A stretch of DNA of 32,000 nt from Desertibacillus haloalkaliphilus (GTDB lineage Bacteria; Bacillota; Bacilli; Bacillales; KJ1-10-99): the NCBI RefSeq assembly GCF_019039105.1, contig NZ_JAHPIV010000018.1, positions 1 through 32,000 of the forward strand. The letters are read 5' to 3'. The stretch's first letter is position 1. Every line of letters begins with the position of its first letter. The notes under the pieces are model-generated. The model was given only the letters and a program-made list of their open reading frames with translations. It ran no database searches and had not been told where the DNA came from. A program made the position numbers and the translations under genes. Below are positions 20,793-30,399 of the stretch, piece after piece.

Positions 20793-21431
20793 TTACAGTG
20801 GTATGTCACGATCATTAACAGGTTGATAAACAGATCCAAAGAAACCTCCAACTTCTTGATCGATGTTAGAAAATCCAGCTTCACTATCTGTTTCTAATTC
20901 AACACTTCCGAATTCAAATGTACCGGACAAGTCTATTTGCTTAACGCTTACTCCCGACGCTAATGTACTTTCTACTAACCGTCCGAACTGGTTACCTGTA
21001 AGCTCAACTTCATTTAACCTTGCTATGGGAATACGAACTACTCTAATAGAAGCTGGCTCTGGTTCGTCTGGATCGTTCCAAAGTTCCTCTATTTGTATTT
21101 CGGATGGATCGGTGTCAATTGATAAAGCAAGTACATTGATAATTGTGTTAATGTCACCAGAACTCATGTCTCTCGCTCGTTTTGATCTTATGAGTATCCT
21201 ATAAATATCGTCATTAACTTGTCCTCTAGACTGCCTAACACTGTACCCGATACGGTCCAATTCTTTACCTTCTGCTTTTTCCTCGTCCCGCCATTCGTCA
21301 ATACGATTAAATGTCTCATTTAAATTGTCTATTTGCTCTGAAACAACGGAAATTAACTTTGCAAGGTTACTATTAGGATTCTTGTTATAAGCATCCATTA
21401 ATTTTCCTATCATACGTTCTTTAAGCTTCAC
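20793..21431 (-). CDS. XkdU / DUF2313-like baseplate-distal tail protein
   Basis: It lies immediately downstream of the baseplate-J gene with overlapping ends. Size and position are as for PBSX XkdU / P2 gpI. Confidence 0.55.
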   Translation of the reverse strand: MKLKERMIGKLMDAYNKNPNSNLAKLISVVSEQIDNLNETFNRIDEWRDEEKAEGKELDRIGYSVRQSRGQVNDDIYRILIRSKRARDMSSGDINTIINVLALSIDTDPSEIQIEELWNDPDEPEPASIRVVRIPIARLNEVELTGNQFGRLVESTLASGVSVKQIDLSGTFEFGSVELETDSEAGFSNIDQEVGGFFGSVYQPVNDRDIPL

Positions 21432-22606
21432 GAAATCATCACCTTTTCATAATCAGTGGAAGCAACCTCAGTGTTAGCAATTTGAACATTAGAATACTGC
21501 GTCAAATCAGATTCATTTTTCCCTACTTTTAACACTGGAATATCATCTACTCCAGGAGTCTGCTTTATGGCGTCTACTAAACCAATGAACAATACGTCTT
21601 GACCATTGCTTAAACCGTTATACGTGTTTCCGTCCTCATCTAAACCACCGATATATTCGATGATTCTTGTTTTAATATCATTGTAACCACTGGTAGGGAA
21701 ATCGCTATTAGTAACAACCTCAACTTCAACATGAATTGGGACTTCATCTGAATGACTAAATCTAACGGTATGATCGTTCCCGCTATCGTCAGTTATGATT
21801 TGTTCCTCTGTACCGTAAGGTTCAATTCCTGCAGCTTTACGATCAAAAATAGCTTGAGCTACTTTTTTAGGATCTCCTCCCAATACATGTACTTCAAAAC
21901 TTTTGGGAGGTCGACCATCTGAATCGTATTCATTTGTATTATTTTCAATCACATGCACTGTGCGGACGCCTTCAACCCCTAATACACTTGCTCGAATCCC
22001 GTTTGTTGTTGGGGCCCCTCCTGCAGACAAGGAAAGGAAGTACCTTTTTCTAAGTTCGGAATCTGTTTCTTTTTCTCTCCCTCCACTAACAGGAGTCGGA
22101 TTATAAACTTCACTTATACCAACCGCAGGATTGACTATTTCAGTTATTGTGTTAGCAGGAGTATTCCCATCACTTCCGGCTTGTGTTGCAATAATGATCA
22201 CTACACCTTTTCCATTTTCGTCTAACGTAACAGCTTCTGTTGTTTCATAAGTGAATCCATCCTGTCGACTTACAACAAAACCTGATTCTATTGTCTGTCC
22301 AGGATCACCAATAACAACAAATTCCTCGTACTTGGCTTTTTCAGCAGGCCTACGTTTTATTAGATTTCGTTTAACTAACTTATCTAACGAAGCTCCCGTT
22401 GCTGTATCTATATGACCACTGTTGTATACATTTTCTGCAAGTTGATACATGATTGCTAAAAACCATGCGAACAGACGTAGCAAGATACCTAAAAAGGATC
22501 GTTCGCTTGTGTTAGTATTATCACCGAACTTTTCCTTCGCACTTTGTTCCATTTCTTCAAACAATTCTTTGTGTCTTTTGCGTTTGAATCCATGTTGCGT
22601 CAACAC
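21428..22606 (-). CDS. Baseplate J-like protein (XkdT / P2 gpJ / Mu gp47 equivalent)
   Basis: Size, its position after the gp25-like gene, and the general Baseplate_J sequence character. Confidence 0.7.
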   Translation of the reverse strand: MLTQHGFKRKRHKELFEEMEQSAKEKFGDNTNTSERSFLGILLRLFAWFLAIMYQLAENVYNSGHIDTATGASLDKLVKRNLIKRRPAEKAKYEEFVVIGDPGQTIESGFVVSRQDGFTYETTEAVTLDENGKGVVIIIATQAGSDGNTPANTITEIVNPAVGISEVYNPTPVSGGREKETDSELRKRYFLSLSAGGAPTTNGIRASVLGVEGVRTVHVIENNTNEYDSDGRPPKSFEVHVLGGDPKKVAQAIFDRKAAGIEPYGTEEQIITDDSGNDHTVRFSHSDEVPIHVEVEVVTNSDFPTSGYNDIKTRIIEYIGGLDEDGNTYNGLSNGQDVLFIGLVDAIKQTPGVDDIPVLKVGKNESDLTQYSNVQIANTEVASTDYEKVMIS

Positions 22607-22971
22607 TAAACGCTCACCACCTCATCATCTTGAATTTCACCATACTCACTAGAGATGGCCACAAAAAAGACCTTTAGCTTACGTTTGCTACGGTCAAAGT
22701 CAATTTCTATATTTTCAATGCGGTCAATTCCTTCTACTTGGTCCACTGCTTCCACTAAAGCTGATCGAATTTCTTCGCGATTTGGTCTTTTCACAAAAAC
22801 AGTTGAATAATCAAACCCTAATACGGGATTTAGGAACCATTCTCGTAAGTTAGTCTTGATTGTCAATCTAACTTGTTGGATCAACTCATCCTTACCATCG
22901 ACCATGCGGAAATTACCACTACCATCAAACTCAATGTCTTTAGTAACAGGGTTTATATACAGGGACTTCAT
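22606..22971 (-). CDS. Baseplate wedge protein, gp25/GPW-like (XkdS / DUF2634 equivalent)
   Basis: 121 aa. The pattern DGKDELIQQVRLTIKTNLREWFLNPVLGFDY is typical of the gp25/XkdS family. Confidence 0.65.
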   Translation of the reverse strand: MKSLYINPVTKDIEFDGSGNFRMVDGKDELIQQVRLTIKTNLREWFLNPVLGFDYSTVFVKRPNREEIRSALVEAVDQVEGIDRIENIEIDFDRSKRKLKVFFVAISSEYGEIQDDEVVSV

Positions 22972-23633
22972 ATTTTCACCTTCTCGCTCGAATCAGGACT
23001 ACCACTCGTCGGATCACTTGTAGAGCTAGGAAAAGACGTTGATGGACTAGACGTTGTTCCGTTTCCTCCGGAGTTAGTCCAAGAGTATTCATGAGTATGA
23101 TTGTCAAAAGCGTTTTTAAGGGCTGTTATATCGTGCTGATGAGCGTCTAGCCATTGTTTTAACTGATTACCTAACGGAACCCCTTCACTTGCTGATTCGC
23201 CCAACAGGATGGAGCCAGACGCCTCTAATACGATGTCGTTATTATCTTTAATGACAATTTTTGATGAAAAGTCTTTCTTTGCAATAACTAGATCATTTGA
23301 GTGATCACTAGGTAACGTCTGTTTCATGCTGTTGATCCCTTGTAACACAATGGCATCTTCTTCTCTAAAACGCTCTGTAATGTCTGACTCTTGCTGATTA
23401 GCACTTATTAGTACGTCGTCTATTGCCGTATCAGAGAAACCGACAATAACTAGATCGCCACGTTTATATGATGGCCGGATAACAAAGTCGCCAAATGACA
23501 TGTGACTAACCGGAACATTGAAAACCTCGTTATTCAGTCCCGCTTCCGTTTGTAAGATCGTGATGTCAGCGGTCATCGTAGCAGCATCAAATTTCTCTAT
23601 CCTGCATATTCTAATTGTCTTGACTTGGTCCAT
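22968..23633 (-). CDS. Baseplate central spike protein (Gp138-N / gpV-like OB-fold) with a His-rich apex and an S/T/P-rich tail
   Basis: NVPVSHMSFGDFVIRPSYKRGDLVIVGFSD matches the Gp138_N pattern. The C-terminus carries HQHD...HTHE. Confidence 0.6.
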   Translation of the reverse strand: MDQVKTIRICRIEKFDAATMTADITILQTEAGLNNEVFNVPVSHMSFGDFVIRPSYKRGDLVIVGFSDTAIDDVLISANQQESDITERFREEDAIVLQGINSMKQTLPSDHSNDLVIAKKDFSSKIVIKDNNDIVLEASGSILLGESASEGVPLGNQLKQWLDAHQHDITALKNAFDNHTHEYSWTNSGGNGTTSSPSTSFPSSTSDPTSGSPDSSEKVKI

Positions 23634-24430
23634 TATCCAACCACCTCCATATCGCAGTAAAAGTCACGCCTATTTGCTGTAAATACAACCTTCCTCACCC
23701 TGTATTGACCGTTTGCTGTCGATGATTGCACGTTGATAAGTGAATCTGTCTGGACACGGTGATTGAGCAACGATGTGACTTCATAACCACTTGCGTCATC
23801 ATCTTCGAATCTCTCAGGCGTACCTATCAAACCACGTTGAGCATTGAATAAGAACCTGATATCATCACCTTGTTCACCTTCACGAATGTAGATTAGACCT
23901 TTTGTGATTGTCACTTTGGAATCACAGTCTTTAGATATCTGCGAAACAACATTAGGTATTCTGCCGTTAATGGTACGCCCTCTTTGATACGTGATGTCCT
24001 TCGCTAATTGCACAACACCGACTGATAACCCACTCACAGATATTATGTCTTGTAGTATTTGGCTAGCTCTTATGCCAGCTTTGTACGTCTTATTGATTGT
24101 GTTGTTGAGCCATTCCTCGCTAGCATCGATGGCGAGAATTTTAGTGATTTTGTCGGTACGCTGCTTTGTGGTTTTCGCTTCTTCTATACGCCCAAAAAAG
24201 ATATTACCTACATCACCCTCATAACCAGCATTTAAAATGACATCCATGCCTTTTTTTATGCGGTTTTTCGTCTCATCTGATAGGTTATATATCTTAATCT
24301 CAGCATCGTTTAAGTCCTCTGAATCGTCATATTCTACTCGAAAATAGATCGTGAATTCGGGAAACGTGAACCGAATATCCCCTATATACAATTCAACCCT
24401 TCGCATGTACTGATTATCCATCGTCATCAC
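23633..24430 (-). CDS. Baseplate hub protein (XkdQ / gpD-like)
   Basis: Position after the TMP-proximal small genes; size 265 aa; XkdQ-like character (VILNAGYEGDVGNIFFGRI...). Confidence 0.6.
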   Translation of the reverse strand: MMTMDNQYMRRVELYIGDIRFTFPEFTIYFRVEYDDSEDLNDAEIKIYNLSDETKNRIKKGMDVILNAGYEGDVGNIFFGRIEEAKTTKQRTDKITKILAIDASEEWLNNTINKTYKAGIRASQILQDIISVSGLSVGVVQLAKDITYQRGRTINGRIPNVVSQISKDCDSKVTITKGLIYIREGEQGDDIRFLFNAQRGLIGTPERFEDDDASGYEVTSLLNHRVQTDSLINVQSSTANGQYRVRKVVFTANRRDFYCDMEVVG

Positions 24431-24725
24431 TCACATATAAAAAGACCGTATTACCTAAATTAGAATAGGTAACACGATCTTCATTGTCTGCACGATCAAG
24501 TGGTGTAATAGTTACGCCAGGAAATCGCTCATCTGAATAAGTGTCAAATAAAGGTGAGTCATAAACCACCTTTTCGCCTAACACTAATACATCGCCACTC
24601 TTGTATAAGTCCACGGTGAAGAAGTCATATTCTGCGTTGTAATGGACCTCGAAAGTAAATAACTCACCAGCTAATCTAATTTCAAACTCATTCGGTATTT
24701 GTTCCTTTTGAATAGGGATGATCAT
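24414..24725 (-). CDS. 103-aa baseplate/tail hypothetical protein
   Basis: Operon position only, with overlapping ends. Confidence 0.4.
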   Translation of the reverse strand: MIIPIQKEQIPNEFEIRLAGELFTFEVHYNAEYDFFTVDLYKSGDVLVLGEKVVYDSPLFDTYSDERFPGVTITPLDRADNEDRVTYSNLGNTVFLYVSDDDG

Positions 24726-25141
24726 TGGACCTGAACCCTCCCTGCATTACCAACGTCTTTCACTTGTGAACGTATTTCAGGCGACAGGAGGGATACTGTA
24801 CTAGGCCTTGCTAACTTAACTTGTTTAAGTGTCAGCGTGAATCGAAAGCCGTTAGCGATGCGTGAATCTACTGTTGTTCTGTAACTATCAAAGACAGCGT
24901 TCGGTAAGATTGCGCGACCAACATATCTAACAAGTTCGCCGCGCCTTAGTTCGCGTAGCTGAGCATCGATTTGAGCCGCGTTATCCCCAGTGACTTCACC
25001 TGTAATGCGAAAAGTAATTGGATTATTAATCACATGATCCGTTATATCTTGATCTTCTTCGACAGGGTGATCAGTTGATTCATTGTCATAGTTCCGATCT
25101 TCATCAATTACTGAAATTGGTATGCCATTGATGCTTGCCAT
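24722..25141 (-). CDS. 139-aa tail protein immediately downstream of the tape measure (XkdP-position, no LysM seen)
   Basis: Operon position only. Confidence 0.4.
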   Translation of the reverse strand: MASINGIPISVIDEDRNYDNESTDHPVEEDQDITDHVINNPITFRITGEVTGDNAAQIDAQLRELRRGELVRYVGRAILPNAVFDSYRTTVDSRIANGFRFTLTLKQVKLARPSTVSLLSPEIRSQVKDVGNAGRVQVQ

Positions 25142-25153
25142 CGTACCCCTCCT

Positions 25154-27337
25154 TTACTGTTTTTTAGCCCTTTGGCGTCGTTCATATTCGTCCATTAACT
25201 TGTAATGATTCTGCTCCTGTCTTTCATCGATAATTTCAGCTAATTCTTCATAGCTTTCCCTCGAACCGTCGCCATGATATTCGACTGTAACGTTTGATTC
25301 GAATTTAACAGATCCGTTGTTATTGTTATAAGTAGGAGCTGGACTTGGTGTGTACGTTGGTCCATTTCCCTCTGGATCAAATTCAGGGTCAAATGAATCT
25401 CCAATATCATTAGCGCTCATTTCAACTGCATGGTTCACTTCTTCTGCCTGATCTATGAAACCAATCTGATAACCTAGCATGGTATCCTCACCAAATCCTT
25501 CAAATAGTTTAGAAGGCGAGAAAATTGATAGCGCACTCTTGAATCCATCTGCGATGTCCCCTGCAATGCCTGTGACTGTATCCCAAACAGCACCAGCCAT
25601 ATCAGCAATACCATCAATTAACCCTTGTATGATGTCTTTACCGATTTGAAACAAGTCGATCCCTTCAAAGAACCCCATGACTGTATCCCAGATGTCGGTT
25701 ATTGTTTCCCAGGCATTCGTCATGCTTTCGCTTATAGAATCTACCATGCTACTGAAAATACTCTTTACCGTTTCCCATATGCTATTAACAATGCTTCCGA
25801 CCGTTTCTAACGCACTATTCCATATACTTGATATCACAGAGAATATAGCCCCTAAAATCGATGAAATAGTGTCTAATATTACGGTCCAAGATAAGGTGAC
25901 GATATCAATAATAAGGTTTAGAGCATTTCCTAAAATATCAACAATGCTGTCCCATAAATTCACAAACAAATCTTGTACAGCCGTCCATAATCCTTCCCAA
26001 TCACCACGGAATAGCGATGCAAATACATTAAAAATGTCAGTGATTAAGGTTACAACACCTTGAAATACACTGACTAATAAATCCCAGATTCCTTGGAAGA
26101 TATTCAAAATGTTTTGCCCGTAATTATCCCAAACCATGACTAGGAATTCCCAAAATCCCAGTGCCAGGTCAATCACTGAATCAAAGAATCCCATGAACGT
26201 ATCCTGAAGATCATTCATAACACCTTCATTATCGGACTTGAACGATTCAAGCCACCCAATGACTGTTTGGATTGCGGTAATAAAACCATCGACAGCAGAA
26301 CCGATAATATCAAATGCATTTCCTATAGTAGCCTGTATTTGTGGCATATTGTCTAATACAACGTCTAACCAATCTTGGAAAACAGGTAAAATGCTTTGTG
26401 CTATTTGGTTAAATACGCCACCCATTGCATTCTGTATGGAATCCATTGTATCCGCCCATAGAACCCCAGCGGCAATCCCGTCTTCATCGATTACAGCTCC
26501 TAACTCATGAGCCTCTTCTCGCAATTCTTCAATTGCGTCTCCGCCTTCTTGGATAGCAGGTAGTAATTGACGACCTAAACGAGTACCAAACATCTCCCCA
26601 GCTAGCTCTGCTTGCTTTGTAGCGTCATCCATCTCGTGTAATGCCTGGATTGAATCCATAAACACTTCTTCAGTCGATAATGCACCACTTTGGATATCCT
26701 CTTGTGCAAACCCTAATCTCATAAGAGCATCAGTATATTTTTCGTTCCCTTGCTCAGCTTGACCTAACCTTTGAGTTAATCGCTCAAGTCCTCGGTCCAT
26801 CTGTCCCTGATCTACACCCACTTGACCCATAGCATACCTGAGTTCTTGGAGTGAATCAGTATGGACCCCGGTTCTTATACTTGCTTTGTCGATCTCGTCT
26901 GCAGTATTGGCGAATGAATTAACCATAGCAAATCCAGCACCGGCTGCAGCTGTTGCCGCACCAGTTACCGCTACTACTACACCGGCTACACCTTTTGATA
27001 GGTTCTCCATACTGAACATTCCACGCTGGCCGGCACCTTCTGTCTCATCACCAAACTCACCCATAGCGTCACTCGCACTTTGCGTAGCACTTTCTACATC
27101 CTCTACAGCGTCTTCGACTCCACCAACATCACCAGTTGCATCTCGTCCAAAGTCGTCAGCAGAGGCAGCCGCAATATCAAATGCATCAGCACTTTCCATA
27201 ACGCTACCGACAAATGAATCAGCCATTTCATTAGCTTCTAATATGCCACCATCATCAATTTCCGTTGTTACACTAACATCTAAGTCACGTAAGGACATTT
27301 CCCTCACCACCGATCTGTGACCAAAACAAAAAGCCAC
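25154..27337 (-). CDS. Tail tape measure protein
   Basis: ~715-727 aa, located after the chaperone pair. It has a central hydrophobic Gly/Ala stretch and a C-terminal half with periodic W/F-containing helical repeats (SIWETVKSIF, DIWDTVMGFF...). The start is ambiguous (GTG 27337 or ATG 27298). Confidence 0.85.
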   Translation of the reverse strand: MAFCFGHRSVVREMSLRDLDVSVTTEIDDGGILEANEMADSFVGSVMESADAFDIAAASADDFGRDATGDVGGVEDAVEDVESATQSASDAMGEFGDETEGAGQRGMFSMENLSKGVAGVVVAVTGAATAAAGAGFAMVNSFANTADEIDKASIRTGVHTDSLQELRYAMGQVGVDQGQMDRGLERLTQRLGQAEQGNEKYTDALMRLGFAQEDIQSGALSTEEVFMDSIQALHEMDDATKQAELAGEMFGTRLGRQLLPAIQEGGDAIEELREEAHELGAVIDEDGIAAGVLWADTMDSIQNAMGGVFNQIAQSILPVFQDWLDVVLDNMPQIQATIGNAFDIIGSAVDGFITAIQTVIGWLESFKSDNEGVMNDLQDTFMGFFDSVIDLALGFWEFLVMVWDNYGQNILNIFQGIWDLLVSVFQGVVTLITDIFNVFASLFRGDWEGLWTAVQDLFVNLWDSIVDILGNALNLIIDIVTLSWTVILDTISSILGAIFSVISSIWNSALETVGSIVNSIWETVKSIFSSMVDSISESMTNAWETITDIWDTVMGFFEGIDLFQIGKDIIQGLIDGIADMAGAVWDTVTGIAGDIADGFKSALSIFSPSKLFEGFGEDTMLGYQIGFIDQAEEVNHAVEMSANDIGDSFDPEFDPEGNGPTYTPSPAPTYNNNNGSVKFESNVTVEYHGDGSRESYEELAEIIDERQEQNHYKLMDEYERRQRAKKQ

Positions 27338-27359
27338 CTCCTATAACGGAAGTGACTTC

Positions 27360-27536
27360 TCACCTTTTTTTATTTGATTGATTACTGTTACTTCTTGGGG
27401 CTAATATTTTAAGTGCTTCGTTTGCTTCGTATATCTCATCAACAGTCATATCCTTCGCCTCAGCATAACCTATACCGTTGAAGACGATGTTCCAAAAGAT
27501 TTTCTTCTTTCTAGCATTTGCCCTTATTGCGGACAT
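27360..27536 (-). CDS. 58-aa ORF in the +1 frame relative to the tail chaperone (gpT-like frameshift extension, or independently translated)
   Basis: Hand translation MSAIRANARKKKIFWNIVFNGIGYAEAKDMTVDEIYEANEALKILAPRSNSNQSNKKR. The frame stays open back into the last ~12 codons of ORF 27544-28050. No convincing SD of its own. Confidence 0.5.
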   Translation of the reverse strand: MSAIRANARKKKIFWNIVFNGIGYAEAKDMTVDEIYEANEALKILAPRSNSNQSNKKR

Positions 27537-27543
27537 TTCTTCT

Positions 27544-28050
27544 TTAGTCTTCTTTACCCCGAAAAAAGTTACGGGCTTCTTTCATCACCTTAATGAAATG
27601 GCAGTCATAACAGAATTTTGATGCTTCATTCATTACCTCTCTAAACAATGTGGTATCTCCAATTTCATCAAAATAGTCATAGCTTACTTCTGGTTCTGCT
27701 ATGACATGCTTCATTAATTGTTCGTATAGCTTTTCATTTGATAGTTTCCCCTCATGTTTAGAAGCGTCTTGCATCCTAGCTAATTCACGTGGTTCAGGTC
27801 GAACAAGTTTAAAGTTATAACCGTTCACGTCAATTTTCTTTTCTGTTTCCTCGTCTTTTTTGAAGTCTTCATACTTTAAGTTGCTAGGGACAACAATGAT
27901 ATGATTCATGTACTCTTTATACTCTTTTTCCTGAAGAGTAACCCCGAATTTATCTTTGATACGGTCTTCAATCTTCGCTACCTCTAAAAAGGGAGGCATT
28001 TGAAACTCATATTCAATTCCGTCGATTGTCTTTGTCATATTTTTAGCCAT
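27544..28050 (-). CDS. Tail assembly chaperone (XkdN / gpG equivalent)
   Basis: It lies between the tube and tape measure genes, is acidic and 168 aa long, and is followed by an overlapping out-of-frame ORF. Confidence 0.65.
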   Translation of the reverse strand: MAKNMTKTIDGIEYEFQMPPFLEVAKIEDRIKDKFGVTLQEKEYKEYMNHIIVVPSNLKYEDFKKDEETEKKIDVNGYNFKLVRPEPRELARMQDASKHEGKLSNEKLYEQLMKHVIAEPEVSYDYFDEIGDTTLFREVMNEASKFCYDCHFIKVMKEARNFFRGKED

Positions 28051-28063
28051 TAATTATTCACTC

Positions 28064-28468
28064 CTACTCCATTTTGAAATCAAATACTTCAATTTCGAAT
28101 GTTTGGTCTCCTGATTCCCTTCCCCAACTTGCATCAGCAGGCTTACGCACTCTAGCTTTAGAACCACCCGCTTTTTGTTTACGTGAAGAAGTATCGATAA
28201 CACGTGCCGGGTACATACGTTTACTATTTGCCAACCGATTTAAAACCGCAATACTTGGACTTGTTTGGTCCAGCGTTAATGTAATTAATCCACGATTGTC
28301 ATTGTTTTCGGATACGACTGTACCCCCATCTGCTGTTGCTTTAGATGTAAAGTTATCTTCTAGTTTTTGGACCTCTATCGCTGTTCCATCAGCATATCCC
28401 GTAATCACATTTCCATCGATGCGAGAAATAACATCAGCCAAATCATAAACTCTTACTCCCATGTGCAT
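28064..28468 (-). CDS. Tail tube protein (XkdM / DUF3277-like)
   Basis: 134 aa, immediately after the sheath gene, with beta-rich sequence. Confidence 0.55.
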   Translation of the reverse strand: MHMGVRVYDLADVISRIDGNVITGYADGTAIEVQKLEDNFTSKATADGGTVVSENNDNRGLITLTLDQTSPSIAVLNRLANSKRMYPARVIDTSSRKQKAGGSKARVRKPADASWGRESGDQTFEIEVFDFKME

Positions 28469-28522
28469 TCACTCCTCATTCCATAATAAAAAGCACTCAA
28501 TTTCTATAAACGAATTGAGTGC

Positions 28523-29542
28523 TTAAAATAAAATTTCACCTTCGATAACAGCATCATGAAATGCCCCTGCTAATTCAAAACGAAATGTTGCCCGTCTTAA
28601 TCGCCTTGAAGCCCGATCTTCTTCTGATAATTCTTCACGAGTTGGAAAGTCGGTGCTGTATAACGGATTACCATCACCATCATCTGCAATAATCCCATTT
28701 TCAAAGGCTTGGTCCAAAACTGTAATTACTTCGTCTTCAATACTTGCGATTCCAGAATTCGTAATTGGAACCTTCGGTGAGTTATTGAATAGCTTTTGGA
28801 TGCGGTTTTCAATATTCACTTGGACCCAATGCTTACCCTCGATTACATCCAAGTATTCACCGGTAACAACAATACCCTCACTTGTTTGGTTATCCCCGGC
28901 CTTTGTTACGTAAGTAATAGCACCATTTGTATGGAGCTCATTAAGGAAACCTGATGAAACTTCTAACGGTTCAATCCCACTAATATTTTTAAACTTATAA
29001 GTAATCTCTCCAACTGAATAGGTTGAACCTACTGCAGCTAACCCAGCTTCCGGATAATTAGAGATATCTTCATGGTAAAACACTAGCGTATTATCATGCT
29101 CTTTCTCTTTCAAAACCTGTACAAAATTTTCATCATCAGTACGAGCAAAATACACTTTTGTCTGTACTCCATCTCCTGTATCCCCATTAATGAAGTCGCT
29201 AATCTCTTCAATTTCTTCTGGATCAGTAGTTACAGACGTTAACCTAAACCATCCTTTGTTAATAATGGTTCGAAGATAATCAACATAACTCTCTAATAAA
29301 TCCTTTCCTGCAATTGCCACTCTTTCGGGCTTTGGATCCTGAGCAAACATCCGTAATGCCGCTTTATGTTCCTCGCTGTTTTCCTCAAAGTCCTCTAAAA
29401 CTTCCTCGATACCAAAGTATTCCTTGTATTCAATTCCCCCTTCTGCTTCAGAAAGAACCAAACTTGTCCCAAATCCTATTGACGATGTTGGAGATGCAAT
29501 ATCAATCCTTACACTTACATCACTTAATGGCATTATCATCAC
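28523..29542 (-). CDS. Tail sheath protein (short, DUF3383-like)
   Basis: 339 aa. The pattern ...AITYVTKAGDNQTSEGIVVTGEYLDVIEGKHWVQVNIENRIQKL...PITNSGIASIEDEVITVLDQAFENGII is typical of sheath C-terminal domains. Its position is upstream of the tube gene. Confidence 0.6.
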   Translation of the reverse strand: MMIMPLSDVSVRIDIASPTSSIGFGTSLVLSEAEGGIEYKEYFGIEEVLEDFEENSEEHKAALRMFAQDPKPERVAIAGKDLLESYVDYLRTIINKGWFRLTSVTTDPEEIEEISDFINGDTGDGVQTKVYFARTDDENFVQVLKEKEHDNTLVFYHEDISNYPEAGLAAVGSTYSVGEITYKFKNISGIEPLEVSSGFLNELHTNGAITYVTKAGDNQTSEGIVVTGEYLDVIEGKHWVQVNIENRIQKLFNNSPKVPITNSGIASIEDEVITVLDQAFENGIIADDGDGNPLYSTDFPTREELSEEDRASRRLRRATFRFELAGAFHDAVIEGEILF

Positions 29543-30050
29543 TCCTAATTGTCATATTGTTAATCTCGACGCTTTCAAACTCTTCAATTGGTACCTTTAA
29601 TATGTCATTTACTCGAAGTGTTACATCGAATCCAACCCTCCTTTCATATTGAACATCCTCAAGAACAATATCTCTGTTCTCTAAATCGCGCGTCTCCACG
29701 ACTACAACGCTGCTGTCTTTTAATCGATTCCTACCTAAGTAAGAAAACCACTCATGAGCTTGCAATGCTCTCTGAGTGGCTCCATCAATTGATTTGTCGT
29801 AGGCGTTGATGCTTATGGTCATTTTAGGTTGCGTTTGGACCAACAAAAACGCCTGTCCATTTTCTTTTATTACTGTTTCGTGTGGTGAGTAACTCTTTCT
29901 GATGTATGGTGTAATGATTTTATAACCTATATATGGATAAGAAGGCTTGTCACCAGGTTGATCAGACATGATAACAGGGATATTCATATATTTATATAAT
30001 TCGCTCCCTATCAATGTGCGAATGCCAACATAATCAATCATGACTCTCAC
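29520..30050 (-). CDS. Neck / tail-terminator-type protein (assignment by position)
   Basis: 176-aa ORF between the connector genes and the sheath gene, with overlapping ends. Confidence 0.35.
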   Translation of the reverse strand: MRVMIDYVGIRTLIGSELYKYMNIPVIMSDQPGDKPSYPYIGYKIITPYIRKSYSPHETVIKENGQAFLLVQTQPKMTISINAYDKSIDGATQRALQAHEWFSYLGRNRLKDSSVVVVETRDLENRDIVLEDVQYERRVGFDVTLRVNDILKVPIEEFESVEINNMTIRSDDNAIK

Positions 30051-30399
30051 CCTGCTTTATTCTCTTACAAAAGTAAACGTTAAAATCTGAGTACTCATCA
30101 TAAGGTATCTGGTCCAACACGCTATAACCTTTATTTCTATAAATGATTTTATCGCCCTCATGCAGAACGCCTTCGCTTTCGTGTACATAAACTTTCTTAT
30201 CCTGAAAGGTATATGTCCCATTTTCATCAAACTTCTTATCCTCGTTGCTCAGTGGCGTTACAATTGCATATAGGGGCTCGGGTTCACCATACCCTTCCAC
30301 CCATTTGCCCCCTTGTGCATAATCATAATAACCATCAACCTTTCGTTTTACCTCTATTTCAAATTGGATTTCAGCAAATAAGCTATCATAGTCCATCAT
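30034..30399 (-). CDS. Head-closure / head-tail adaptor-type protein (assignment by position)
   Basis: 121-aa ORF in the connector block. Confidence 0.35.
   Translation of the reverse strand: MMDYDSLFAEIQFEIEVKRKVDGYYDYAQGGKWVEGYGEPEPLYAIVTPLSNEDKKFDENGTYTFQDKKVYVHESEGVLHEGDKIIYRNKGYSVLDQIPYDEYSDFNVYFCKRIKQGESHD

Noticed and set aside
25154-26300. Periodic nucleotide and peptide repeats in the C-terminal half of the tape measure (WDTV/WETV-type helices)
   Set aside because: This is a normal feature of tape measure proteins and not an independent repeat element.
25625-27320. Plus-strand ORFs inside the tape-measure gene (25625-25810, 25677-26063, 26238-26510, 26886-27320), including a 144-aa Ala/Ser/Pro/Thr-rich one
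   Set aside because: They are entirely antisense to a long, well-supported minus-strand gene and have no SD. Their low-complexity composition is the mirror image of the TMP codon periodicity.
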